Shown piece by piece: positions 38,731 to 50,600 of a DNA stretch of 64,000 nucleotides (positions are counted from its first letter, which is position 1; every line of letters begins with the position of its first letter). The notes beneath the pieces are model-generated. The model saw only the letters and a program-made list of their open reading frames with translations. It did no database searches and was not told where the DNA came from. The position numbers were made by a program, and so were the translations under genes. Origin of the DNA: Macrostomum hystrix (Eukaryota; Animalia; Platyhelminthes); assembly GCA_950097015.1 (NCBI GenBank), contig CATNEN010000001.1, positions 5,766,001 through 5,830,000 of the forward strand, in the 5' to 3' direction.

Positions 38731-39425
38731 GATGGTGTTCTCTACCAACGTAAAGCTGTTAATAAGGTGGTGCTGGTTCCCGAGGGATATCAATTAGAAC
38801 ACCGGACCTTGTGTCTCCGAACCTACTCCACCTGCTATACGGTTGTAGCGATAGGGTGTGACACGCGCAGGCGATCCAAGCAGAGACCAGGGTTGCGAGA
38901 GGTGAACCTGCTATATAGGGCCACCACAGCCACCTACGGCACCGCAGCTGCACAACCGACTGACCATAACGAAACTCATCGTTTAGGCTTTCGCTCTAGG
39001 ACCACTAGCTATAGTTCTGCACTGTGGTTCGATCGCTGTCGATTCTATGACTGGTGAACGCGATGGTGTCTTCGATGGGATTGCTGAGCCTTAAAACCTG
39101 TCCTCGCATCATTTGGGGCCTGGTGATTAGTAGTAAACAGTTTCCTGGGATTTTCGTAATTGTCTCCACTGGACACTCTCGAACTTAGGTAATTGGGCTA
39201 TCCTCTATAGTCTGTTGTATGATCCCAGGTATATGAATCCGCTCTGCAAAAGCACTACCTCGAGCACACGGAATTTATTCGATCCATGAGAGTAACTTGC
39301 ATCGAGTCCCTACATTCGGCCATGTGCCTAAGGGGTGGACCTAAATCAGGATAACGGTTCAGAGGGTTCTAAAGGTAGTTTTCGAAAGCTATGGCAGTTC
39401 AGAACACATATACATTTGTATATAT
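38731..39425 (+). mobile_element. Possible heavily decayed integrase (rve-like; gypsy/Ginger-type) relic, duplicated at 44960-45654
   Basis: GC-richer island. Broken frames give DGVLYQRK..VLVPE, HNETHRLG..RT, YSLLYD..NPLCKST, TFGHVPK and NQDNGSE..FRKLW, in the order of integrase HHCC and D..SDNGSEF motifs. Many stops. Confidence 0.4.
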
Positions 39426-40012
39426 AGATGCGGTACGTCTGTCGAGGCGAAAATGAATAAAATGATCATTATTTTTTAAGATAAGATTAAGATAAAGACT
39501 TGCCCGCCGTTATCGCATGATCAGCCTGACCTTTTCGAGTTTTTTACACCAGACAGCTGGACGGTGATTGGTGGGCACGGGAGTTTGGCAACAAAGACAG
39601 CTTAAGCTAGGCCAAGGATGAGTCATAGGATTGGGACGTGGGATCAAGGGCAAAACATTGCAAAAAAGTTGTCCCCTTAAAGTCGCAGTCACATTATTCA
39701 TGTAATACCAATTTATTAAGATCTGCAGATCAACAAGAACTTTTTTCAGTTGCATAAATTCATAAAAATATGCATACTCAATTATCGGTGAAAACGTGTC
39801 ATAAAAAGCATATCGTTTTTAATTAGATTTTTACTAACAATAGTTGCATTGTTCCAATATGTACACCGCAGCAAGATTATATAACTATTATAAAAAGCAT
39901 TCAAAATATTTTTGTTCGTCATTCACAGAAGCATTTTATCCTGTTTTTATTAAAGCGTTTTCATTATTACAATAAGTCCAGAATATTCTTACTTGTCTCT
40001 GCATAAAGTCTA

Positions 40013-41809
40013 CTAGCCTAATTCTGTTACACTGATACTTGATGGCTCTTTGTGATGCTTCCTAGCCTCTTCTGTAGCCATAATATTGTTCTCGATACCG
40101 ACGCGATTTGTACTTTTATTTTTGGCCCGTTGTCCTTCAAGGACAGTCGAAACTGCTGAGACGCAGGCGAGCAGACAGTCATGAAGCAGTTCAGCAGCCT
40201 CTAGCATCGTCAGAAGCGAGCAGCCCAGGTACAATCCGAGCAACCCGCCCGTGTCAGCAACCAGGTTGGTGAGGTCGTACGACTTTTCAATTTGCACACC
40301 TGAGCCAAGGCTTTTATCGGTGAACAAACGGATGCGCATCACCTGGTCCTGGATGTAGCCAGCACCGATGACTATGTTGTGCGTTGTGAGGTTGTTGAGC
40401 AGGGCGTTCGACACACTTAACATATCATCGTAGCCAGGAAACGGGTAGCCAGGAAAAAAAGTTTTTTTACCTCTGACTAGTTCCTGAAATCGGGCTAGAA
40501 TTTCGCGTTGAAAAGATGAATAAATCCGAGGCCATGTGCCAAACGAATAGCTGTAGGTGTAGGTGTCCGTTTGGCATGGCTTCAGGTTGATGCAGTACTG
40601 CTGTATAGCTTTCTGATCTAGTGATCGACTTGAATAAGCTTCGGAATACAGCGCACTCATGAATTGAACAGTGCTAAGCTCGCGATTGGCTATACGACTA
40701 GCGTTAAAACAATAGCTGGCATTGAAAAACTTCTGATCGCGGGGCAGAATATTGCTCACACAGCCACTACTCTGCTGCATGAGCAGCTGGTTGCTGCGCT
40801 CAGCACGGCAGAGGTACTCGCTGTACGGATAAGCGACTTCGGAGTCGTCGTACGGATTGATGATTCGGCTCGGGTCCGGGTTATTTGAGCACTGCATTCC
40901 TTTAGACAGTGTGAGCCGCTCGATCGCTAGATCAATCCGATAGTCTTTGCCAGCGCTGAGCTGAATCATCGAGTCTGGGTCGGGATAGTGGCCTGGCTTG
41001 GCGAAGTACACGTTGACACCGTTGGCGCTCTCCAGACTGAAGCCGGACTCGAAATCCCAGGAGAGGAAGCTGATGCCACTTGAGTTCATTATCGGTATTG
41101 GTAGCAGAGATGAAGTTTTCGGGAAGTCAAAGAAGGTTGCATCCAAGAACAGGCCAATTTCTAGATAGCTGCCTTCGGTGTTCAGCGTTTGTCGCTGTGA
41201 TGGTGTCGGTTCCAGTCGGAAGCAGTTGAGCTCGGATGGGCTGTAAAATGGCTTTACTGGAACGGCATTCATTTGTAGGCCGTTCAGGTTAGTTAAGAAT
41301 AGAAATTGAAGCAACCGATGACCCAGTATGTCGCTCAGAAGCTTGTAGGGGATGGTTGCCAAGAGTACCTTTCCAAAAGCCGCCGCTTGGAACTGATCTG
41401 TAGGCACGCCCATCTGAGCTGTAATCTGTGTGACGTAATTATTCACCAGGGCCAAAGTGCCAGGGTCCAAGATGTACGGATAGCTACCGGACATGATGGC
41501 TTTGTTGCAGATGACAACATCAGGAAACTCGAACTCTATCGAGTTTTGCTTGAGCGTGGTGGTCGCCGGCTGTTGCTGGTAGGTCTCGATGAAGCTCTGC
41601 ACCTGGGTGACAAAGCCGGCTAGACCCAGCGCAAAGCCGGCTAGCCAGAGCACTTTCACATAAATTGGCCGCTGTCCAACAAGCCGCGCGAGGCCGTGCG
41701 CGGTGGTTTCGGACAGCCAGGCGTGCACCGGCTGTGCCAGAATTGCTTTGACGCCGTCTCGCGGCTTCTCGGACACGAACTCTCTGACAGTCTCTCGCGA
41801 CCCTATCAT
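40013..41809 (-). CDS. DEG/ENaC (ASIC/FaNaC superfamily) ion channel subunit, 598 aa, intronless CDS, copy 1
   Basis: TTAHGL (HG motif), TM1, FEFPDVVICN, Cys-rich thumb, TM2 LVADTGGLLGLYLGCSLLT with a GxS filter. Confidence 0.95.
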   Translation of the reverse strand: MIGSRETVREFVSEKPRDGVKAILAQPVHAWLSETTAHGLARLVGQRPIYVKVLWLAGFALGLAGFVTQVQSFIETYQQQPATTTLKQNSIEFEFPDVVICNKAIMSGSYPYILDPGTLALVNNYVTQITAQMGVPTDQFQAAAFGKVLLATIPYKLLSDILGHRLLQFLFLTNLNGLQMNAVPVKPFYSPSELNCFRLEPTPSQRQTLNTEGSYLEIGLFLDATFFDFPKTSSLLPIPIMNSSGISFLSWDFESGFSLESANGVNVYFAKPGHYPDPDSMIQLSAGKDYRIDLAIERLTLSKGMQCSNNPDPSRIINPYDDSEVAYPYSEYLCRAERSNQLLMQQSSGCVSNILPRDQKFFNASYCFNASRIANRELSTVQFMSALYSEAYSSRSLDQKAIQQYCINLKPCQTDTYTYSYSFGTWPRIYSSFQREILARFQELVRGKKTFFPGYPFPGYDDMLSVSNALLNNLTTHNIVIGAGYIQDQVMRIRLFTDKSLGSGVQIEKSYDLTNLVADTGGLLGLYLGCSLLTMLEAAELLHDCLLACVSAVSTVLEGQRAKNKSTNRVGIENNIMATEEARKHHKEPSSISVTELG

Positions 41810-43625
41810 GCTGTTTTAGAGGCCTTGGAAATTAACAAAGAAAACTCGGCTATATATATATTTTTAACTCAGGCAAGTCGTCTTACAGAAATCGTGAAAT
41901 AAAGCCAAACTCTCATTGTTTCTCAAGGATCTGCTTACTCGAGGCTTTGAGGCATTAGTTTTCTTTTGCACTCTCTGTGAGTACTCACAATATTAAGTTG
42001 CTAAGATGTCCAAGACACAGGTGTAGAGGTATCGTAGCTCAACAAGAATGCGTCGTGAGACGTGTTTTCTTCCACCCAGTTTCTGCTTCTTCTCCGTGTT
42101 AAGCAGCTGATATTTGTCTAGTCTCGATTCTCAAGTTAGGCCCTTAAAATTATGGCCGCCGAGAATTGTTGACAGAATTTCTTACAGACGAACTATATAA
42201 AACACCTGCTAATGCGTCAATACGGTGGGAAATATGGGATCTCGTTTTACTATTGCCAAGCAACGCTTGTCCTGAGTACAGATTAATCTAAGCAGCGGTA
42301 AAAGCAGGCAGACGAATATATATAGGCGCAGGTAAATAGACAACTCTCGGTTGCAAGAGCAGTCTTGGAGTTCATAGAGTCCATATAAAAAGCAGGGTGG
42401 GCAGTTTCCTATTGTGGCGCCAGAGACCAGTGCATGGCTACACCAGCTATTTGTGACCTTCTGTCACACAAAGCCAATCTGTTATTTTGATTGTAGGCTG
42501 CAAATTGAATAAGTTCCATGCCAATAAATTGAGCCACTCAAGAGAGTTCCACTATTTCATTGTTCCGCATTGGATGAGTGCTCTCTAGATCGAATGAGCA
42601 CACTATTTAGTCTCTTTTTTTCATCGCAAGTCACAAGTGCGAGATAAACAAATATCAAATAATACTAATTGTATCCATACTTTTCTCAGCGGTATTGTTC
42701 ACACGTGTCCTATTAATTGGCTGGGGAGAAGTACGTCTTACTAGTTACGACGAATAGGCACGTGACCTTGTCTGTAAATTACGCTCGTACATCTGAATGG
42801 CACGTATTATCATCGTTTCATCGTTTTTGGAGTAATTCGTATGCAGTTCATCTTTTTTGATGAACTATAAGAATAATGGGAAATGTTTTGTAGCGAATTT
42901 GTTTATTTGATCTTCAGAAAAAATGTTAGGTAAGTTGTTAGGTAAAGCATTAACTTTGAGGCCCTTTAAGGGGCCATTCATACAAAATTGAGAAACATTT
43001 GTGCCGATAAGTTAAAACAAATCAGGTACTCAGCTTCTAGATTCAAAATACAAAAAGCATGGTACAGTACATGGATAAATTTTGTCATATGTTCGCACTC
43101 GTAAACAAATACGAGTACTATACGAGTACTATACGAGTACTATACGAGTACTATACAAAAGTACAGTTTCGACATATATATAAGGTTAAGCAATTCGGAC
43201 CCTACTTGTAGACAAAAATGGTTTGAAAAGTACATTTTTCGAGAATGAGCTTGAAAACGGATAGCATGGAAACTGTACTATTAATTGTTATCCCGTCCAA
43301 GTTTTCATGATTATTCTTGCCTTCTATCCTATCTCTCTGCTGACTGATATTGCTTTGCGAACAATGCGAAAATGGCAGATATTACGAGTAAACACTTAAG
43401 ATTCTCGAATACTAACAAAAACTGTATTTTAAAGGCTCACAATTTAGGAATATCTACAGAACTTAAGTGTTTTTTACTAGTTATTAAAAGTTAAACGAAT
43501 TAACAAGTAAAAGTTTAGTTTGCGAAAAAAGATAGATTTTATAGAAGAAACGCGGCTATCTTTAAACTACGCTCATACTTCATATAAGAACAGTTAAGGA
43601 ATGCAACATAAGAATCGAAGCCAAT

Positions 43626-44042
43626 TCAGGAGAAATACTTTCTAAACACATCCGGGTGATGAACGCTGAACTGTTGCAGCCGCTCCTGTTTGGCTTGTTC
43701 ATTGTTGCCAGCCTGGGCTAGAAGATGATGCATCAGATCAACTAGCGCCGCCTCCGTAGCCGCTAGACTGGCGCGTTGAGCATCGTCCGATCTCTGAATG
43801 CGTCGATAATTACTGCCACTCGACGCATCTAGATTAGCCGACGGCTGCTCAGGTGACTGCGGTCGCTGCGGCATCAGAGTCATGCGCTGCTGACGCCTGC
43901 GCAGCCTAGTCAGCGTCCGGGCTCGCTGATAGATGTCATGCGGCAAACGGAACAGTCTGCGCCAGTTGTGAAGTGCCAGAGTGAAGAGCCAACGAGCTCG
44001 ATGTCGCCAGTGTTGGCTGAGACTGCTCGACGCTTCCAAAAT
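43626..44042 (-). pseudogene. Orphan duplicate of the DEPDC7-like terminal exon
   Basis: Same 137-aa translation as 50194..50607. The upstream exons were not duplicated. The acceptor CAG is kept but 6 bp of the polypyrimidine tract are missing. Confidence 0.8.
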
Positions 44043-44291
44043 CTGTTATTTATTAAGAAACTTTGCTTAGATACAAGAGTGCTATTTATTGGCGATCAGT
44101 GCCACCCGATTCACAGTTGATAACCTACCGTGGACTCCTGTCTTAGCTGTTGCCAGGCCCATCCGTGCCGTGAGTCAGCCATCAGCGATTCGGCCAGTTG
44201 GTTTAATGATTGCTGCTGCCCCTGCGGTTGACAGGTGTATTCAGGAAATAGATATGGCGATAGATAATATATAAAAGTTATAAATTACACC

Positions 44292-44420
44292 TTTCCCATT
44301 TAGGCACCGATAACACAGCTGGGTGGAGCGGAAGCACTAGAACACTAAGTGTCTTGCTCAAAGATTCGAACTCACGAACTCTCGGTCGGAATTCAGAAGC
44401 TAACTAACCAATGGACTACA
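44292..44420 (-). mobile_element. Partial CORE-like tRNA SINE (related to family A); duplicate at ~50866-50996
   Basis: Minus strand TAGTCCATTGG...GAGTTCGAATC...GCAAGACACTTAG...CCCAGCTGTG...AAATGGG. Confidence 0.6.
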
Positions 44421-44471
44421 AGATATCTTGTTATACCATATTAATTGGTATAAAATGCAACCTTTCCACTT

Positions 44472-44686
44472 GGGGAGTCGGCGGCAGAGCGGTTAACGCG
44501 TTTGCCTCTCGCACCATGGTCCCTAAGTTCGATTCAACGGGAAGGCCACATTCATTTGGAGCGCAGCCGCGGAGAGAAGGCTTGTGGGCTTGTCGTGCGA
44601 TTTTCGCCCTTGAGGGCCAACCTCCAAGGTACAGTGAAGTGTACGAGCGTACACTGCCTGACGATGAGAAAGTCAGATGTACACAC
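44472..44686 (+). mobile_element. SINE family B, 3'-truncated by the duplication junction
   Basis: Near-identical to the 5' part of 51048-51412; stops at the junction. Confidence 0.85.
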
Positions 44687-44688
44687 AC

Positions 44689-47600
44689 AAGTTAAGTATT
44701 GCTTTTATAATGTTAATTTTTGTTTTAATAAACAAACGCTTTACGGATGCGGAGGCGTTTAAAAATTTACACCGGGACAAATACATATTTTTGCGTTAAA
44801 AATAGAGTTTTCACTACATAAAATTGCGTCTCTTGAATTGGATTTCAGGATTTATATACGCGTACACATATTTAAACTATTCTTTTTTCTTAAAAAAATT
44901 CGATAGCTATAATTATTTCTAAAGGAATTACCCAAAACTATATTTATTTTTTTCTAACTGATGGTGTTCTCTACCAACGTAAAGCTGTTAATAAGGTGGT
45001 GCTGGTTCCCGAGGGATATCAATTAGAACACCGGACCTTGTGTCTCCGAACCTACTCCACCTGCTATACGGTTGTAGCGATAGGGTGTGACACGCGCAGG
45101 CGATCCAAGCAGAGACCAGGGTTGCGAGAGGTGAACCTGCTATATAGGGCCACCACAGCCACCTACGGCACCGCAGCTGCACAACCGACTGACCATAACG
45201 AAACTCATCGTTTAGGCTTTCGCTCTAGGACCACTAGCTATAGTTCTGCACTGTGGTTCGATCGCTGTCGATTCTATGACTGGTGAACGCGATGGTGTCT
45301 TCGATGGGATTGCTGAGCCTTAAAACCTGTCCTCGCATCATTTGGGGCCTGGTGATTAGTAGTAAACAGTTTCCTGGGATTTTCGTAATTGTCTCCACTG
45401 GACACTCTCGAACTTAGGTAATTGGGCTATCCTCTATAGTCTGTTGTATGATCCCAGGTATATGAATCCGCTCTGCAAAAGCACTACCTCGAGCACACGG
45501 AATTTATTCGATCCATGAGAGTAACTTGCATCGAGTCCCTACATTCGGCCATGTGCCTAAGGGGTGGACCTAAATCAGGATAACGGTTCAGAGGGTTCTA
45601 AAGGTAGTTTTCGAAAGCTATGGCAGTTCAGAACACATATACATTTGTATATATAGATGCGGTACGTCTGTCGAGGCGAAAATGAATAAAATGATCATTA
45701 TTTTTTAAGATAAGATTAAGATAAAGACTTGCCCGCCGTTATCGCATGATCAGCCTGACCTTTTCGAGTTTTTTACACCAGACAGCTGGACGGTGATTGG
45801 TGGGCACGGGAGTTTGGCAACAAAGACAGCTTAAGCTAGGCCAAGGATGAGTCATAGGATTGGGACGTGGGATCAAGGGCAAAACATTGCAAAAAAGTTG
45901 TCCCCTTAAAGTCGCAGTCACATTATTCATGTAATACCAATTTATTAAGATCTGCAGATCAACAAGAACTTTTTTCAGTTGCATAAATTCATAAAAATAT
46001 GCATACTCAATTATCGGTGAAAACGTGTCATAAAAAGCATATCGTTTTTAATTAGATTTTTACTAACAATAGTTGCATTGTTCCAATATGTACACCGCAG
46101 CAAGATTATATAACTATTATAAAAAGCATTCAAAATATTTTTGTTCGTCATTCACAGAAGCATTTTATCCTGTTTTTATTAAAGCGTTTTCATTATTACA
46201 ATAAGTCCAGAATATTCTTACTTGTCTCTGCATAAAGTCTACTAGCCTAATTCTGTTACACTGATACTTGATGGCTCTTTGTGATGCTTCCTAGCCTCTT
46301 CTGTAGCCATAATATTGTTCTCGATACCGACGCGATTTGTACTTTTATTTTTGGCCCGTTGTCCTTCAAGGACAGTCGAAACTGCTGAGACGCAGGCGAG
46401 CAGACAGTCATGAAGCAGTTCAGCAGCCTCTAGCATCGTCAGAAGCGAGCAGCCCAGGTACAATCCGAGCAACCCGCCCGTGTCAGCAACCAGGTTGGTG
46501 AGGTCGTACGACTTTTCAATTTGCACACCTGAGCCAAGGCTTTTATCGGTGAACAAACGGATGCGCATCACCTGGTCCTGGATGTAGCCAGCACCGATGA
46601 CTATGTTGTGCGTTGTGAGGTTGTTGAGCAGGGCGTTCGACACACTTAACATATCATCGTAGCCAGGAAACGGGTAGCCAGGAAAAAAAGTTTTTTTACC
46701 TCTGACTAGTTCCTGAAATCGGGCTAGAATTTCGCGTTGAAAAGATGAATAAATCCGAGGCCATGTGCCAAACGAATAGCTGTAGGTGTAGGTGTCCGTT
46801 TGGCATGGCTTCAGGTTGATGCAGTACTGCTGTATAGCTTTCTGATCTAGTGATCGACTTGAATAAGCTTCGGAATACAGCGCACTCATGAATTGAACAG
46901 TGCTAAGCTCGCGATTGGCTATACGACTAGCGTTAAAACAATAGCTGGCATTGAAAAACTTCTGATCGCGGGGCAGAATATTGCTCACACAGCCACTACT
47001 CTGCTGCATGAGCAGCTGGTTGCTGCGCTCAGCACGGCAGAGGTACTCGCTGTACGGATAAGCGACTTCGGAGTCGTCGTACGGATTGATGATTCGGCTC
47101 GGGTCCGGGTTATTTGAGCACTGCATTCCTTTAGACAGTGTGAGCCGCTCGATCGCTAGATCAATCCGATAGTCTTTGCCAGCGCTGAGCTGAATCATCG
47201 AGTCTGGGTCGGGATAGTGGCCTGGCTTGGCGAAGTACACGTTGACACCGTTGGCGCTCTCCAGACTGAAGCCGGACTCGAAATCCCAGGAGAGGAAGCT
47301 GATGCCACTTGAGTTCATTATCGGTATTGGTAGCAGAGATGAAGTTTTCGGGAAGTCAAAGAAGGTTGCATCCAAGAACAGGCCAATTTCTAGATAGCTG
47401 CCTTCGGTGTTCAGCGTTTGTCGCTGTGATGGTGTCGGTTCCAGCCGGAAGCAGTTGAGCTCGGATGGGCTGTAAAATGGCTTTACTGGAACGGCATTCA
47501 TTTGTAGGCCGTTCAGGTTAGTTAAGAATAGAAATTGAAGCAACCGATGACCCAGTATGTCGCTCAGAAGCTTGTAGGGGATGGTTGCCAAGAGTACCTT

Positions 47601-50600
47601 TCCAAAAGCCGCCGCTTGGAACTGATCTGTAGGCACGCCCATCTGAGCTGTAATCTGTGTGACGTAATTATTCACCAGGGCCAAAGTGCCAGGGTCCAAG
47701 ATGTACGGATAGCTACCGGACATGATGGCTTTGTTGCAGATGACAACATCAGGAAACTCGAACTCTATCGAGTTTTGCTTGAGCGTGGTGGTCGCCGGCT
47801 GTTGCTGGTAGGTCTCGATGAAGCTCTGCACCTGGGTGACAAAGCCGGCTAGACCCAGCGCAAAGCCGGCTAGCCAGAGCACTTTCACATAAATTGGCCG
47901 CTGTCCAACAAGCCGCGCGAGGCCGTGCGCGGTGGTTTCGGACAGCCAGGCGTGCACCGGCTGTGCCAGAATTGCTTTGACGCCGTCTCGCGGCTTCTCG
48001 GACACGAACTCTCTGACAGTCTCTCGCGACCCTATCATGCTGTTTTAGAGGCCTTGGAAATTAACAAAGAAAACTCGGCTATATATATATTTTTAACTCA
48101 GGCAAGTCGTCTCACAGAAATCGTGAAATAAAGCCAAACTCTCATTGTTTCTCAAGGATCTGCTTACTCGAGGCTTTGAGGCATTAGTTTTCTTTTGCAC
48201 TCTCTGTGAGTACTCACAATATTAAGTTGCTAAGATGTCCAAGACACAGGTGTAGAGGTATCGTAGCTCAACAAGAATGCGTCGTGAGACGTGTTTTCTT
48301 CCACCCAGTTTCTGCTTCTTCTCCGTGTTAAGCAGCTGATATTTGTCTAGTCTCGATTCTCAAGTTAGGCCCTTAAAATTATGGCCGCCGAGAATTGTTG
48401 ACAGAATTTCTTACAGACGAACTATATAAAACACCTGCTAATGCGTCAATACGGTGGGAAATATGGGATCTCGTTTTACTATTGCCAAGCAACGCTTGTA
48501 CTGAGTACGGATTAATCTGAGCACCGGTAAAAGCAGACAGACAAATATATAGGCGCAGGTAAATAGACAACTCTCGGTTGCTATGGCAGTCTTGGAGTTC
48601 ATAAAGAGTCCATATAAAAAGCAGGGTGTGCAGTTGCCTATTGTGGCGCCAGAGACCAGTGCATGGCTACACCAGCTATTTGTGACCTTCTGTCACACAA
48701 AGCCAATATGTTATTTTGATTGTAGGCTGCAAATTGAATAAGTTCCATGCCAATAAATTGAGCCACTCAAGAGAGTTCCACTATTTCATTGTTCCGCATT
48801 GGATGAGTACTCTCTAGATCGAATGAGCACACTATTTAGTCTCTTTTTTTCATCGCAAGTCACAATTGCGAGATAAACAAATATCAAATAATACTAATTG
48901 TATCCATACTTTTCTCAGCGGTATTGTTCACACGTTTCCTATTAATTGGCTGGGGAGAAGTACGTCTTACTAGTTACGACGAATAGGCACGTGACCTTGT
49001 CTGTAAATTACATCTGAATGGCACGTATTATCATCGTTTCATCGTTTTTGGAGTAATTCGTATGCAGTTGATCTTTTTTGATGAACTATAAGTATAATGT
49101 GAAATGTTTTGTAGCGAATTCGTTTATTTGATCTTCAGAAAAATTGTTAGGTAAGTTGTTAGGTAAAACATTAACTTTGAGGCCCTTTAAGGGGCCATTC
49201 ATACAAAATTGAGAAACATTTGTGCCGAACGTTGCTTCAAGGAGGCCTGGTTGATAAGTTAAAACAAATCAGGTACTCAGCTTCTAGATTCAAAATACAA
49301 TAAGCATGGTACAGTACATGCATAAATTTTGTCATATGTTCGCACTCGTAAACAAATACGAGTACTATACGAGTACTATACGAGTACTATACAAAAGTAC
49401 AGTTTCGACATATATATAAGGTTAAGCAATTCGGACCCTACTTGTAGACAAAAATGGTTTGAAAAGTACATTTTTCGAGAATGAGCTTGAAAACGGATAG
49501 CATGGAAACTGTACTATTAATTGTTATCCCGTCCATGTTTTCATGATTATTCTTGCCTTCTATCCTATCTCTCTGCTGACTGATATTGCTTTGCGAACAA
49601 TGCGAAAATGGCAGATGTTACAAAGTTATTAACTAAGATGGCTTGACTCTAGTTAAATCTAAAATGAAGAATGTCGAAGCACGCTTTGCCCAGTAACGGA
49701 GTTTGTCCTTAAGATTAGCTAAATAAATGCCCTAAAATTATTTTTAGAGGCCATAATAACACAATGGAACAGATAGTGCTCTTCAACTCTTGTTCAGCAT
49801 TTAGCTACGCTCCAAGTTACGCAAAAGCATCACCTAAATATGATTTGCCCATAGACAAGTGTGTAATGTCTATGGGCACAAAAAACAAGCGCAAGGGATA
49901 AGTACTTTCGTGGCTAAAGGCATATGAAAAATTAATAAAGCATATTGAATACACCAACATTAGCTAACATTCTCGAATACTAACAAAAGCTGTATTTTAA
50001 AGGCTCACAATTTGGGAATATCTACAGAACTTAAGTGTTTTTTACTAGTTATTAAAAGTTAAACGAATTAACAAGTAAAAGTTTAGTTTGCGAAAAAAGA
50101 TAGATTTTATAGAAGAAACGCGGCTATCTTTAAACTACGCTCATACTTCATATAAGAACAGTTAAGGAATGCAACATTAGAATCGAAGCCAATTCAGGAG
50201 AAATACTTTCTAAACACATCTGGGTGATGAACGCTGAACTGTTGCAGCCGCTCCTGTTTGGCTTGTTCATTGTTGCCAGCCTGGGCTAGAAGATGATGCA
50301 TCAGATCAACTAGCGCCGCCTCCGTAGCCGCTAGACTGGCGCGTTGAGCATCGTCCGATCTCTGAATGCGTCGATAATTACTGCCACTCGACGCATCTAG
50401 ATTAGCCGACGGCTGCTCAGGTGACTGCGGTCGCTGCGGCATCAGAGTCATGCGCTGCTGACGCCTGCGCAGCCTAGTCAGCGTCCGGGCTCGCTGATAG
50501 ATGTCATGCGGCAAACGGAACAGTCTGCGCCAGTTGTGAAGTGCCAGAGTGAAGAGCCAACGAGCTCGATGTCGCCAGTGTTGGCTGAGACTGCTCGACG

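Larger units (their letters stand above)
38460..44688 (+). repeat. Tandem segmental duplication, copy 1 (6229 bp)
   Basis: AAGTTAAGTATTGC starts at 38460 and again at 44689; the ORF pairs 40013/46242 and 38767/44996 are offset by 6229. Confidence 0.97.

Noticed and set aside
38730-39468. Solo LTR (TGAT...ATCA with AATAAA) or a hammerhead at CTGACCATAACGAAAC
   Set aside because: No target-site duplication; the core deviates from CUGANGA and lacks supporting helices.
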